Assembly: GCA_030390025.1 (NCBI GenBank)
Contig: CM059429.1
Coordinates: 138,446,001-138,510,000, forward strand
Source of the DNA: Squalus acanthias
Lineage: Eukaryota
Length of the DNA: 64,000 nt
Direction of reading: 5' to 3'
Shown here piece after piece: positions 22,251-36,384 of this stretch. Made by a program: the position numbers and the translations under genes. The number at the start of each line of letters is the position of its first letter. The first letter of the stretch is position 1. The notes beneath the pieces were generated by a model that was not told where the DNA came from, searched no databases, and was given only the letters and a program-made list of their open reading frames with translations.

Positions 22251-23410
22251 TATCATCCTGTAAAGTTCGAATGTCACTTCCCCAAAAATAACTTCACCAA
22301 AAATAACTTAATTGACTGTTTTCAGTGTATTGCCCAAGTAAGTGTGTTTAGTTTGTGTGCAGAATTAAAGGTGGGGCTTACTCTGAATTAATTCATGCAC
22401 AGCTAGTAAATTATTAGCTCAATGCACATACTGATTTTCTTTTTTATATTAAAATCAACAGGAGATTCACATCAAGAATTTGTATGGCACATGGTTTTTT
22501 TAGCTGTAAACTTGCTTGCCTGAATTTCACCCATGGTATCAAGTGGGGCAGGAAGCCAGACATTTGCATGATCCAGTTAGAGATCGTAATGTAAGATAGT
22601 GCGATGTCTGGTTGTCATAGTTACTTTACAAGATTATTACTGTTTATATGTTGTGTGCATTCCATTCTATGTCTGTAAATTGCTTTACAAGTGTTAGATC
22701 TGAGTGGCTTGGGAAACATTTTAATTGCTGAATTGAAATCCTGCATGTTGTATGCTGCCGTTTTGTTTTTGCTGTTTACTGCGACTGAGTGGAAATTAGG
22801 TACTTGCCCACAAGAAAAGTGATGGGCCATTTGTCCTCTGTAATTCTGTTCATCTCATAGTGGCCAGTCAGTGGCATGGGTAGAATTCTAAGAACTATTT
22901 GTGCTGCCCTTTCAGTGGGATATTGGTACATTGGGGAGAGGGCAATTGGGGAAGGCAGTAAAGTAAATAATGCTGTTTGGTAATGTGAGCTGGCTGTGGG
23001 AAGGTGGGAATAGAGTTGCATTCTTTTGGTTCAAATCCCTGTCTTCTGAGGCCAAGTAGCCAACTGTAGTTAAGAGAGCTGATTGTAACCTGTTAATGCT
23101 CCAGTCCGCCACTGGACGACAAGCTGATTTGCTTCTGATTTTTATTGACCTGTGTACAGACACTACTCTACACAGCACCTCCCAGTGAGAGTGTAGCTGA
23201 GTTCAGGAGTGGGAATCAAAACTGCTTCTCACTGTGCATGGAGTCACACTGGTGCCTTTGTGATTTCTATGTGCTGTATATATTGAGGGGGGGAGTGGGG
23301 GCAGTGGGAATAAGTGGTTTTAAGTGTTGTATTTATTGTGTCAGGTATTCCTGTAAAGACACAAGTCTAGTGTATTCTGCATAATGCAGTTATAATTTGC
23401 TCATATTCAG

Positions 23411-23540
23411 GCCTTAATGTGGCTCGACAAGATGAACCAAGTGTATTCGTGCTGGTCTGTAATGACCAAACTGGGCAGCAGATGGGGAGAGGAGGCGAAT
23501 CCATTCGGGTTAACATCTTCAACAAGAAGAACAAAGAATG
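23411..23540 (+). CDS. TRIM45: TRIM45 coding exon 3 (filamin repeat)
   Basis: ttcag acceptor, TG|gtgggt donor, 130 nt; GLNVARQDEPSVFVLVCNDQTGQQMGRGGESIRVNIFNKKNKE; phases fit exons 2 and 4. Confidence 0.9.
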
Positions 23541-23949
23541 GTGGGTAATTTGTGCAAGAAGTAACTGGACCATAAATTAATGTCTGACAAAATGTAGCTG
23601 TCTTGCTTTGTAAAGTAGGTTAAGACTGGGTTATCGAGCAGCTAATTGCTATAGCCTCCACCCCTTGCACCTGATCTAAGTTAATCTGAATCTCTTATTC
23701 GAGATCTGATTTTCTTCAAAACTATACACTCTACAAGTTATTTAATTACTGTCCAGAAAGAGCATTTCATGTACAGACTCTATAAAATTCACCTTTCAAA
23801 TGATTCATCTATGGGGAGGGGGAATTTCTGCTGCTTTGAATCTACATGCATTCTATCTGATTTTCTAATAGAATTATAGACACTTCAGCATAGAAAGCTC
23901 CCATTTGACCCATCATTATATCAGTAAAATATTTGTGATTTGTATGTGT

Positions 23950-26622
23950 TTGATTAGTAAAATCCGAAACTAGGGTCTTAAATCTAAACAAAGCAAACTA
24001 TGTAGGTATGAGGGGCGAATTGGTTCTGGTGGATTGGGAAACTGCATTAAAAGGTATGATGGTAGACAAGCAATGGCTAGCATTTAAAGAATTAATTCAT
24101 AATTTACAACAAATATACATTCCTTTAAGGCACAAAAATCCCAGAGGAAAAGTGGTTCAACCGTGGCTAACAACAGAAGTTAAAGATAGTATTAGATCAA
24201 AGGAAGAGGCTTATAATGTTGCCACAAAGAGTCGTAAGCCTGAGGATTGGGAGGATTTTAGAATTCAGCAAAGGAGGACCAAGAAATTGATAAAGAAAGG
24301 GAAAATAGAATATGAGAGTAAACTAATGAGAGTAAACTAGCGAGAGACATAAAAACAAACTGTAACAGCTTCTATAGCTTTGTAAAATGGAAAAGATTAG
24401 CAAAAGTAAATGTTGGTCCCTTACATGCTGAGACAGGAGAAATTATAATGAGGAATAAGGAAATGGCAGAGAAATTAAACAAATACTTTGTATCTGTCTT
24501 CACGGAAGAAGATGCAAAAAAACTTCCTGGAAACATAGAAACATAGAATCTAGGAGCAGGAGTAGGCCATTCGGCCCGTCGAGCCTGCTCCACCATTCAA
24601 TACGATCATGGCTGATCATCCAAATCCAGTACCCTGTCCCTGCTTTAATCCCCACAGTACACATATCCCACCCTACCCCCGTAACCCCACGTATTTAATT
24701 CCCCCTAACATATCCCATCCTATCCCCATAACCCCACATATTTAATCCCCCCCTAACACTAAGGGTCAATTTATCATAGCCAAATCAACCTAACCCGCAC
24801 ATTTTTGGACTGTGGGAGGAAACCGGAGCACCCGGAGGAAACCCACGCAGACACGGGGAGAATGTGCAAACTCCACACAGACAGTCACCCGAGGTCAGAT
24901 TCGAACCTGGGTCTCTGGCGCTGTGAGGCACCAGTGCTAACCACTATGCCACCGTGCACTGTGGTGAACCAAGGCTCTAGCGAGAATGAGGAACTGAAAA
25001 AACAGTTTAGTAAAAAAATAGTACTGGAGAAATTAATGGCACTGAAAGCCAATAAATCCCCTGGACCTGATGGCCTACATCCCAGGGTTTTGCAAGAGGT
25101 GGCTATAGAGATAGTGGATGCATTGGATGTCATTTCCCAAAATTCCATAGATTCTAGAACGGTTCCTGCAGATTGGAAGGTAGCAAATGTAACCCCACTA
25201 TTTAAGAAAGGAGGGAGAGAGAAAATGGGGAACTACAGACCAGTTAGCCTGACATCAGTAGTAGGGAAAATGCTAGAATCTATTATTAAAGACGTGGTAA
25301 CAGGGCACTTAGAAAATAATAATAGGATTGGGCAGAGTCAACACGGATTTATGAAAGGGAAATCGTGTTTGATGAATCTGTTGGGAGTTTGTTGAGGTTG
25401 TAACTAGCAGAATAGATAAGGGGGAACCAGTGGATGTGGTGTATTTGGATTTTCAGAGGGCATTCGATAAGGTGCCACACAAGAGATTATTAAACAAAAT
25501 TAGGGCTCATGGGATTGGAGGTAATATACAAGCATGGATAGAGGATTGATTAACGGACAGAAAACAGAGAGTAGGAATAAACGGGTCATTTTCGGGTTGG
25601 CAGGCTGTAACTAGTGGGGTACCACAAGGATCAGTGTTTGGGCCTCAGCTATTCACAATCTACATCAATGATTTGGATGAGGGGACCAAATGTAATATAT
25701 CCAAATTTGCTGATGATGCAAAGCAGGGTGGGAATGTAAGTTGTGAGGAGGATGCAAGGAGGCTTCAAGGGGATATAGACAAGCTAAGTGAGTGGGCAAG
25801 AACATGGCAATTGGAATATAATTTGGAGAAATGTGAAGTTATCCACTTTGGTAGGAAAAATAGAAAAGCAGAGTATTTTTTAAATGGTGAGAGATTGGGA
25901 AATGTTGGTGTTCAGAGGGACCTGGGTGTCCTTGTACCCTGAAAATTAACATGCAAGTACAGCAAGCAATTAGGAAAGCAAATGGTATGTTGGCCTTTAT
26001 TACAAGAGGATTTGAGTATAAGAGTAAAGACGTCTTACTGCAATTCTATAGGGCCCTGGTGAGACCACACCTGGAGTATTATGTACAGTTTTGGTCTCCT
26101 TATCTAAGGAAGGATATACTTACCTTAGAGGGACTGCAACAAAGGTTCACCAGATTGGTTCCTGGGATGGGAGAATTGTCCGATGAGGAGAGATTGAGTA
26201 GACTAGGCCTATATTCTCTAGAGTTTAGAAGAATGAGAGGTGATCTCATTGAAACATACAAAATTCTTACAGGGCTTGACTGGGTAGATGCAGGGAGGAT
26301 GTTTCCCCTGGCTGGGGAGTCTAGAATCAGGGGTCACATCTCAGAATAAGGGGTCGGCCATTTAGGACTGAGATGATGAGAAATTTCTTCACTCAGAGGG
26401 TGGTGAATCTTTGGAATTCTTTACCCCAGAGGGCTGTGGAGGCTCAGTCGTTGAGTATATTCAAGACAGAGATAGATAGATTTTTGAATATTAAGGGAAT
26501 CAAGAGATATAGGGATAGTGCAGGAAAGTGGAGGTGAGGTGGATGATCAGCCATGATATTGAATGGCGGAGCAGGCTCGAGGGGCCAAATGGCCGACTCC
26601 TGCTCCTATTTCTTATGTTCTT
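23950..26622 (+). mobile_element. CR1 LINE, 5'-truncated, with nested SINE
   Basis: SPGPDGLHPRVL, NYRPVSLTS, KFADD, RPHLEY ORF fragments; tcttatgttctta tail. Confidence 0.92.
24534..24957 (-). mobile_element. HE1-like V-SINE nested in CR1
   Basis: tRNA-like head, V-domain core (ggagtttgcacattctccccgtgtctgcgtggg on minus strand), CR1-derived tail; highly similar to 58360-58799. Confidence 0.85.
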
Positions 26623-26699
26623 ATTGCTATCTGTTGCTGGTATGTGTTGGGATCAACAGTTAATCAACCTCCTTCCTTCAATGTCTTTTACGTCAGCCG

Positions 26700-26945
26700 T
26701 GGCTCATTTCGCAGAAGAGCAGGGGAGTTATCCCCGGTGTCCTGGCCAATATTTATCCCTTAATTAACATCACTTTAAAAAAAAACAGATTATCTGGTCA
26801 TTATCACATTTCTGTTTGTGGGAGCTTGCTGTGCACAAATTATCTGCTGCATTTTCTACATTACAACAGTGACTACACTTCAAAAGTACTTAATTGGCTG
26901 TAAGACACTTTGGGACGTCCTGAGGTTGTGAAAGGCGCTATCAAG
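26700..26945 (+). mobile_element. Deu-domain SINE 3' half with L2-like tail
   Basis: gtcctggccaatatttatccct...gtgggagcttgctgtgcacaaatt...tttgggacgtcctgaggttgtgaaaggcgcta; reverse copies at about 28680-28760 and 48160-48360. Confidence 0.65.
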
Positions 26946-27079
26946 TCTGTTTTTTTTAATGGTTCACAATGACATGCTTCGAGTAAACACGAGACACTTG
27001 GGTGTATACAGAGCAGACTTTATTCATATACAGCACAGGTGATCAGCCTAACTCTGTACCGAGAGTAGCTTTTCAGTTT

Positions 27080-28420
27080 AATAGAATCATAGAAGCTTAT
27101 AGCACAGAAGGAGGCCATTCGGCCCATCGTGTCTGTGCCGGCCGAAAAAGAGCTACTCAGCCTAATCCCACGTTCCAGTTCTTGGTCCGTAGATTTGTAG
27201 GTTATGGCACTTTAAGTGCATATCCAAGTACTTTTTAAATGCGATGAGGGTTTCTGCCTCTACCACCCTTTCAGGCAGTGAGTTCCAGAGCCCCACCACC
27301 CTCTGGGTGAAAAAAATTGTCCTCAACTCCCCTCTAATCCTTCTACCAATACTTTAAATCTATGCCTCCTGGTTATTGACCTTTCTGCTAAGGAAATAGG
27401 TCCTTCCCATCCACTCTATCTAGGCCCCTCATAATTTTATACACCTCAATTAAATCTCCCCTCGGCCTCCTCTGTTTCAATGAAAACAACCCCAGCCTAT
27501 CCAATCTTTCCTCATAGCTAAAGTTCTCCAGTCCTGGCAACATCCTTGTAAATCTCCTCTGTAGTCTCTCTAGTGCAATCATGTCGTTTCTGTAATGTGG
27601 TGACCAGATCTGCACACAGTACTTTAGTTGTGGCTTAACTAGTGTTTTATACAGTTTTAGCATAACCTCCCTGCTCTTATATTCTCTGCCTCAGCTAATA
27701 AAGGAAAGCATCCCGTATGCCTTCTTAACCACCTTATCTACCTGTCCTGTTACCTTCAGGGATCTGTGGACATGCACTACAAGGTCCCTCTGTTCCTCTA
27801 CACGTCTCCGTATCCTACCATTTATTGTGTATTCCCGCGCCTTGTTAGCCTTCCCCAAATGCATTACCTCACACTTGCCACTTTTCTGCCCACCTGACCA
27901 GTCCATCAATATCTTCCTGCAGTCTACAGCTTTCTTCCTCACTATCAACCACACAGCAATTTTTTGTATCATCTGCAAACTTCTTAATCATGCCCCCTAC
28001 ATTGAAGTCTAAATCATTGATCTATACCACGAAAAGCAAGGGACCTAGTACTGAGCCCTGTGGAATCCCACTGGAAATCGCCTTCCAGTCACAAAAACAC
28101 CCGTCGACTATTACCCTTTGCTTCCTGCCACTGAGCCAATTTTGGATCCAACTTGCCACTTTCCCTTGGATCCCATGGACTTTTACTTTTCTGATCAGTC
28201 TGCCATGTGGGACATTGTCAAAAGCTTTGCTAAAATCCATGTAGACTACATCAAGCGTGCTACCCTCATCGATCCTCCTTGTTGCCTCCTCAAAATTCAT
28301 TTAAGTTAGTCAGACTTGACCTCCCCTTAACAAATCCATGCTGACTTTCCTCGATTAATCCATGCCTTTCTTAATGACGATTAATATGGTTCCTCAGAAT
28401 TTTTTCCAATAATTTGCCCA
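27080..28420 (-). mobile_element. CR1 LINE 3' fragment
   Basis: DVVYMDFSKAFD, GIPQGSVLGPLLF, LVKPQLKYCVQ ORF fragments. Confidence 0.9.
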
Positions 28421-29464
28421 ATTTAAACGATGGTTTCTGTATCTATCTTTCGAGCTTTTCAAATAACTGTTTAAAAACGTACTCCTTTATGCACCTTAGT
28501 TCGCCTACATCAAAGGTACATGTCCCAGATAAGATCTCACGACTTATCTGTTCCTGAATCCTTTGAAAACAGTCTATTTACCTAAACAGTCGTAGTTGTT
28601 TCCTTCAAAGATACTTCTTGACTTAATTGTTCTTGAATCCTTTGAGGAGTAGTTTTATTAACCGCTTATCTTCCTAAAAAAAAGACTTGCATTTATATAA
28701 CGCCTTTCACAACCACAGGACGTCCCAAAGCACTTTACAGCCAATGAAGTACTTTTTGAAACGTTCCCTATACTATAGTTAATGGACCCCTCTGCCTATG
28801 TTTATTACGCTATTACTAAAGTTATACTTTCACTCATGGTTGATGTCGTCCCAGTCACTTATTTCCTTGTTCAAGCATTTCTTGTAGATAATACTCAGAC
28901 ACTAAAAGCAGATGATAAGCTATGCTTTCATCTCATTGCCATGCCTTGCTCCCTTCTCTGGATGCCTCTGTAGGTTCCTCCATAAGAACATTGGAACTAA
29001 AGAATTGCTAGACAAAAAAAGACCAAGGTCCATCCAGTACGCCTTCTACCATCCTAGTAGTCGCATGATACAATGGTAATGGAGTTGTTGACTAATCAGA
29101 GCAATCAGCCTCTATCAATTACTCTACAACAAACCCAGACATGAAGCGAAGAAACCCAAACCCTCCAGTAGTGGAAAGCTTTGAAAATCATAGGTCCAAG
29201 GTCACCTTTTGCTCCCAAGCATGTGCACTTACCATATGCTATGTTTGAAATTACTCTATTACATAGGAGTTGTACAACTGAACAGGCTATCGTATTTATC
29301 TGACCCTACAATTTATGGTTGGGTCAGTGCTGGAAATACTGAACTAAACTCCAGCATCCTTTGGGAACCTTCCATCTTGTATATTACATCCCAGGCTGGT
29401 TGTTTTCATTGCCATTATATTTTCAGTCATAGAAGCTCAGGAACAATCATGTACTTTCCTCTTT

Positions 29465-29901
29465 TTCTTTATTCGTTTACAGGATGTGTGCGTCGCTGGC
29501 AAGGCCGGCATTTATTGCCCATTCCTAATTGCCCTTGTGAAGGTGGTGGTGAGCCGCCTTCTTGAACCGCTGCAGTCCGTGTGGTGAAGTTACTCCCACA
29601 GTGCTGAGTTTGTTGTAGCGGTTTGGTGCAACTGAGTGGCTTGCTAGGCCATTTCAGAGGGCAGTTCAGAGTCAACCACATTGCCGTGGGTCTGGAGTCA
29701 CATACTGGGTAAGGACGGCAGGTTTCCTTCCCTAAAGGACATTAGTGAACCAGATGGTTTCATGGTCTCCAGATTGTTTTTTTTAATTAACTGAATTTAT
29801 ATCCCCCAGCTGCCGTGGTGGGATTTGAACTCGCGTCTCTGGATTATTACTCCGGGACTCTGGATTACTAGTCCAGTAACATAACCACTCTGCTACCGTA
29901 C
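29465..29901 (-). mobile_element. LF-SINE-like element
   Basis: tRNA-like head (gggatttgaactc...ataaccac), core ggtttccttccctaaaggacattagtgaacc, tail matching the LINE end at 43790-43910. Confidence 0.65.
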
Positions 29902-29980
29902 TGTATTGTTTGCGCATGTGCGTGTTAACTGAGTGAAAGTATTTACGATGAACATTTTGGTCTTCTGTTATTTCATGCAG

Positions 29981-30095
29981 CAGTCTCAAGGCAATGCTGC
30001 AGGACAATCATGATGGAACTTATCGTCTTACATACACTCCGCGGGTATCGGGCTCGTATGTAGCATGTGTCTGTGTGAGGGGACAGCATGTTCAG
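29981..30095 (+). CDS. TRIM45: TRIM45 coding exon 4 (filamin repeat)
   Basis: tgcag acceptor, CAG|gtgagt donor, 115 nt; SLKAMLQDNHDGTYRLTYTPRVSGSYVACVCVRGQHVQ (DNxDGTY..YTP filamin motif). Confidence 0.93.
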
Positions 30096-31684
30096 GTGAG
30101 TTAACAGGGGATGAAGATCAGTAAAATGATAACTCGAAAGGGTGTAAATTCTACTGGCGTATTGCATTAGATCACTTGCCTTCTGCCTTTGCGACCTGGG
30201 TTTGAATACATTCCTGATAGAATAGTTAAAAATATTTTCTCTAGGTCTTGAAATGAGATGTCTAGTTTCATCTGACCATCAAAGTAAGTATATGCCCTGA
30301 ATGCATGCATGTGATCATTGATTGTAAAATGTACGTTTCCCTTATACTCTTTGTTCACAAAGTGCATCAGGGACATTGAATCTGAAGCAGTGTTGTTTTG
30401 GGGTTGACCTTATCTGTAATTGTGCAATGAGAAAGGGTTAATTAATAATCATGTAGTAAAGGGGCCTTTAGGGAAGAGTGACCATAATATGATAGAATTT
30501 TATATTGAGTTTGAAAGTGATTTAGTTAAATCCGAAACTAGGGTCTGAAATCTGAACAAAGCAAACTACGTAGGTATGAGGGGCGAGTTGGCTACGGTAG
30601 ATTGGGAAACTACATTAAAAGGTATGATGGTAGACAAGCAATGGCTAGCATTTAAAGAATTAATACATAATTTACAACAAATATACATTCCTTTAAGGCA
30701 CAAAAGCCCCACAGGAAAAGTGGTCCAACCGTGGCTAACAAGAGAAGTTAAAGATAGTATTAGATCAAAGGAAGAGATTTATAATGTTGCCAAAAAGAGT
30801 AGTGAGCCTGAGGATTGGGAGGATTTTAGAATTCAGCAAAGGAGGACAAAGAAATTAATAAAGAAAGGGAAAACAGAGTATGAGAGTAAACTAGCGAGAG
30901 ATATAAAAACAGATTGTAAAAGCTTCTATAGGTATATAAAAAGGAAAAGATTAGCGAAAGTAAATGTGGGTCCTTTACAGACTGAAACAGGAGAAATTAT
31001 AATGGGGCATAAGGAAATGGCAGTGAAATTAAACAAATACTTTGTATCTGTCTTCACGGAAGAAGATGCAAAAAACTTCCTGGAAATAATGGTGAACCAA
31101 GGCTCTAGCGAGAATGAGGAACTGAAAGAAATTAGTATTAGTAAAAAAAATAGTACTGGAGAAATTAATGGCACTGAAAACCAATAAAGCCCCTGGACCT
31201 GATGGCCTACATCCCAGGGTTTTGAAAGAGGTGGCTATTGGTTGTCATTTTCCAAAATTCCTTAGATTCTAGAATGTTCCCCGTGGATTGGAAGGAAGCA
31301 AATGTAACCCCACTATTTAAGAAAGGAGGGAGAGCGAAAACGGGGAACTACAGACCAGTTAGCCTGACATCAGTAGTAGGGAAAATGCTGGAACCTATTA
31401 TTAAGGACATGGTAACAGGGCACTTAGAAAATAATAATAGGATTGGGCAGAGTCAACACGGATTTATGAAAGGGAAATCGTGTTTGATGAATCTGTTGGG
31501 GTTTTTTGAGGTTGTAACTAGCAGAATAGATAAGGGGGAACCAATGGATGTGGTGTATTTGGATTTTCAGAAGGCATTCGATAAGGTGCCACACAAGATT
31601 AGGGCTTATGGGATTGGGGGTAATATACTAGCATGAATTGAGGATTGGTTAACGGACAGAAAACAGAGAGTAGGAATAAACGGG

Positions 31685-34600
31685 CGCCGAGAGCGGGAGC
31701 AGCGGCACAAAGAGCGCCGAGAGCGGGAGCAGCACCGGAAGGAGCGGACTTGGTGGGAGCACAGCGAGAGCGAGCAGTTAAAAGGAGCAGTCCCGAGCGG
31801 CAGCAACTCAACAGAGGCAGTTTTTGGAAAAAGTGACGTCAGAGTAAAAAAAGTGACGTCGGCACAAGGGAAGGAGCTGATTGGTGAGTAGCTGGTGAGT
31901 GTGTTTTTTTTACGTTTATAAGTTTATTTCTGCTAAGTTAGTTAATAGCCTTTTAAATAGAGGGAAAGAGCTGATTGGTGAGTAGCTGGGGAGTGTTTTT
32001 TGTTAAGTTTTAAGTTCATTTCTGCTGGGTTAGTTCTTAGTCTATTAAATAGAGGCATTGTAGGGCAGCTCAGTCCCATGGAGTGCACATCGTGTGCCAT
32101 GTGGGAAGTCCTGGACGTTTTGCGTAGCCTGGACGACCACATGTGCGGAAAGTGTCGCCAGCTACAGCAACTTGAGCTTCGGGTTTCGGAGCTTGAGCGG
32201 CGGCTGGAGTCACTGCGCTGTATCCGTGAGGCTGAGAGTTACGTGGATAGCACGTTTCTAGAGGTGGCCACCCCGCAGCTTAAGAGTATGCAGGCAGAGA
32301 TGGAATGGGTGACCACCAAACAGAAGAGGAGGACCAGGCAGGTAGTGCAGGAGTCCCTGGGGTGCATCGCACTCTCCAACCAGTATTCTGTTCTGAGTAC
32401 TGGTGAGGATGATGGTTCCTCTGGGGAGTGCAGCCAGAGCCAAGTCCATGGCACCGTGGGTGGTTCAGCTGCATGGGGGAGAGGAAAAAGAGTGGAAGAG
32501 CAATAGTGGTAGGGGATTCAATAGTTAGGGGAGCAGACAGGCATTTCTGCGGCCAGAGACGTGACTCCAGGATGGTATGTTGCCTCTCTGGTGCCAGGGT
32601 CAAGGATGTCACTGAGCAGCTTTACAACACTCTGAGGGGGGAGGGTGAACAGCCAGAGATTGTTGTCTATATCGGTACCAACGACGTAAGCAGAAAGAGG
32701 GATGAGGTCCTGCAGGCAGAGTTTAGGGAGCTAGGAGAGAGATTAAAAAGCAGGACCTCAAAGGTAGCAATCTCCGATTACTCCTGGTGCCACATGCTAG
32801 TGAGTACAGGGATAGGAGGATAGAACAGATGAATGTGTGGCTGGAGTGATGGTGCAGGAGGGAGGGCTTTAGATTCCTGAGGCATCGGGACCGTTTCTGG
32901 GAAAGGTGGGACCTGTAAAAGCCAGACAGGTTACACCTCAACAGAGCCGGGACCAATATTCTCGCGGGGAGGTTTGGTAGTGCTGTTGGGGAGGGTTTAA
33001 ACTAGCTTGGCAGGGGGAGGGGCACCAGCATATAGGAGTAGAAAAGAGGAATAAGGTGCATAGAAGAGTGATTGTGTTGGATAGCACTAGAGGCGGTAGT
33101 AGTACCATATTAGATTGGAGCAGACTAAGAAAGACTACGAAAAATTCAAAAATGGGTTTAGAATGCATGTTCGTTAACGCCCAAAGTGTGGTGAATAAGG
33201 TTGGTGAGCTACAAGCACAATTAGCCGTGTGGCAATAATGGAAACGTAGCTTAAAAACGGTGAGGATTGAGCACTTAATATTCAAGGGTACAAGGTGTTC
33301 AGAAAAGATAGGGAAGGAAAAAAGGGAGGTGGGGTGGCAGTGCTGATTAAGGAAGACTTTGTAGTGTTGGGAAGGGAGGATGTTCTCGAGGGGACAAGGA
33401 CAGAATCCATTTGGTTAGAGTTGAGGAGCAAAAAGGGTATGATCACGCTATTGGGGGTATTCTGTAGGCCTCCAAATAGTGAGAGGGAGGTAGAGGAGCA
33501 AATTTGCAGGGAAATTGCAGAGATATGCAAGAACTATAGAGTGGTGATATTGGGGGACTTTAATTACCCAAATATCGATTGGGATAATGCATGGGTAAAG
33601 GGAAAGGAAAGGGAGGAATTTTTGAAATGTGTTCAGGAGAATTTCCTTGACCAATATGTTCTTGGCCCAACTAGGAAGGAGGCATTGCTGGATCTGGTGT
33701 TGGGGAATGAGGTGGGCCAGGTCGACCAAGTGTCTGTGGGAGAACGCTTGGATACGAGTGATCATCGTATCATAAGATTTAGATTAGCAATGTAGAGGAG
33801 CAAGGAACAATCTAGAGTGGAACTTCTAAACTGGAATAGGGCTAACTTCAATGGGATGTGAAAGGATCTAGCCAGGGTAAAATGGAACCAAAGACTGACA
33901 GGAAAAACTGTAACGGAACAATCTTTAAGGAGGAGATGTTCCAAGTACAGGCTAGGTACATTCCAACAAGAGGGGGAAGGGTAAGGGAACCAAAGCAAGG
34001 GCTCCTTGGATGACGAGGGAGATAGAGAAGATGATGAAACAAAAAAAGAGGGTGTATGATGCATGTCGGGTGAATTCTTCAAGGGAGAACCAGACCAAAT
34101 ACAATAAGTTGAGAGGGGAAGTGAAGATGAAAATAAGATTGGCAAAGAGAGAATATGAGAATAAAGTGGCGGTTCACATAAAAGGGAACCCAAAAATCTT
34201 CTACCGGCATGTAAACAGTAAGCGGGTAGTAAGAGGTGGGGTGGGGCCTATTAGAGACAAAGAAGGTGATATATGCTTCGAGGCGCAGGGCAAGGCTAGA
34301 ATACTCAATGAGTACTTTGTATCTGTGTTTACTAAGGAGGTGGATGCTGACAAAATATTGGTAGAAGTGGAAAAGGTAGGAGCAATGGAAGGGGTGAAAA
34401 TCGATAGACAGGATGTACTAGAAAGGCTGGGTATGCTTAGAGTGGATAAGTCGCCTGGTCCAGATGGCTTGCATCCTAGGTTGCTAAGGGAATTGGGGGA
34501 GGAGATAGCAGAAGGGCTTGCCATAATTTTCCAAACTTCCCTAGATGCGGGGGAGGTGCCTGAGGATTGGAAAGTGGCAAATATGACACTATTGTTCAAG

Positions 34601-36384
34601 AAAGGGTGTATGGACAACCCTAGTAACTACAGGCCGGTCAGTTTAACATCGGTGGTGGGTAAAGTTTTAGAAACAATAATCAAGAAAAAAATTAACGGGC
34701 ACTTGGAGAGGTTTAAGCTAATTAAGGAGAGCCAACACGGATTTGTAAAAGGCAGATCGTGTTTGACTAATCTAATTGAATTTTTTGATGAAGTAACAGA
34801 GAGGATTGATGAAGGGAATGCAATGGATGTTGTCTACATGGATTTTTGGAAGGCGTTTGACAAAGTACCACATAGAAGGCTGGTTAACAAAATTGAGGCT
34901 CATGGAATAGGTGGGTCAGTGGCAGCTTGGATAAGGAATTGGCTTAAGGACAAAAAACTGCAAGTTGTGGTAAATGGCTGTTTTTCAGACTGGGGGATGG
35001 TAGACAGTGGTGTTCCCCAAGGGTCAGTGTTGGGGCCACTGCTTTTTTTGATATATATAAATGACCTGGATATTGGAATACAGAGTAGAATTTCTAAATT
35101 TGCCGATGACACCAAACTTGAGTGTGTGGCAAACAGTGAGGATGATACCAATCGACTGCAACAGGACATGGATAGGCTAGCAGAATGGGCAGACAAGTGG
35201 CAGATGGAATTTAATACAGAGAAATGTGAGGTGATGCATTTTGGCAGAAGGAACAGGGAGAGGCAATATACACTTAATGGCACAGTTTTAAAGAGTGTGC
35301 AGGGACAGAGGGACCTGGAAGTTAACGTGCATAGGTCCTTGAAGGTGGCAGGACATATTGAGAGAGTGGTTAACAAAGCATATGGGATCTTGGGCTTCAT
35401 AAATAGAGGTCATGATGTGGAGATGCCGGTGTTGGACTGGGGTGGACAAAAATGAGAAGTCGCACAAACCAAAAAAAAAGAAAACAAAAACAAAAAGGTT
35501 AAAAGCTCAACTGCAGACAGCAGGATTTGACACGTTGGACCCCCTGTGACCCATCTCATTGTCTTGGCTGTGCTCTGGTGTGTCTTTGATGTAATGCATC
35601 CCTGAAAGATTGTATCTCTGCAGTTTCTGTGTTTATATACTGTGTAATATTGTAGATTCCCTCATTGTACCTTTACCTGACGAAGGGGCGACAGCTCTGA
35701 AAGATTGTAATTTTAAATAAATCTGTTGGACTATAACCTGGTGTTGTGCGATTTCTCATTTTCATAAATAGAGGTATTGAGTACAAAAGTAGAGAAGTTA
35801 TGCTGAACCTTTATAAAGCGCTGGTTAGGCCACAACTGGAGTATTGCGTCCAGTTCTGGTCACCACACTTTAGGAAGGATGTGAAGGCACTTGAGAGGGT
35901 GCAGAGGAGATTTACTAGAATGGTTCTGGGGATGGGGGATATTAGCTACTAGGACAGGTTGGAGAAACTGGATTTGTTTTCATTAGAGCAAAGGAGGTTG
36001 AGGGGTGATTTGATAGAAGAGTACAAGATTATGACGGGTTTGGATAGGCTAGACGGGGAAAGGCTGGTCCCACTAGTTGACGGTACAAGGGCTGGGGGAC
36101 ACAGATTTAAGGTTTTGGGCAAGAGATACAGGGGGGTTGTGAGGAAAAACTTTTTTACGCAGTGAGTGGTGATCTGGAATTTGCTGCCGACGGAAGTGGT
36201 GGAAGCTGAGACACTCAATGTTTTCAAGGGGAGACTTGATGGGCACTTGAGGGAAATAAACTTGCAGGGCTACGGGGATAGAGCAGGGGAATGGGACTGA
36301 CTGGATTGCTCTACAGAGAGCTGGCACGGACTCGAAGGGCTGAATTGCCTCCTTCTGTGCCGTTATGTCTCTATGACTATGATT
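31685..36384 (+). mobile_element. Apparently full-length CR1 LINE nested in CR1 (5' UTR, ORF1 zinc finger and esterase, ORF2 APE-RT)
   Basis: GC-rich 5' UTR with duplicated TGACGTC and gagctgattggtgagtagctgg motifs; CTSCAMW..CGKC, VVGDSIVRG, GTND; 481-aa RT ORF 34010-35455; (CTATGA)n tail. Confidence 0.9.
35411..35760 (+). mobile_element. Short Penelope-like insertion (inverted tail plus pseudo-LTR) with 15-bp TSD
   Basis: TTCATAAATAGAGGT at 35396-35410 and 35761-35775; termini match the elements at 1310 and 37255. Confidence 0.85.
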
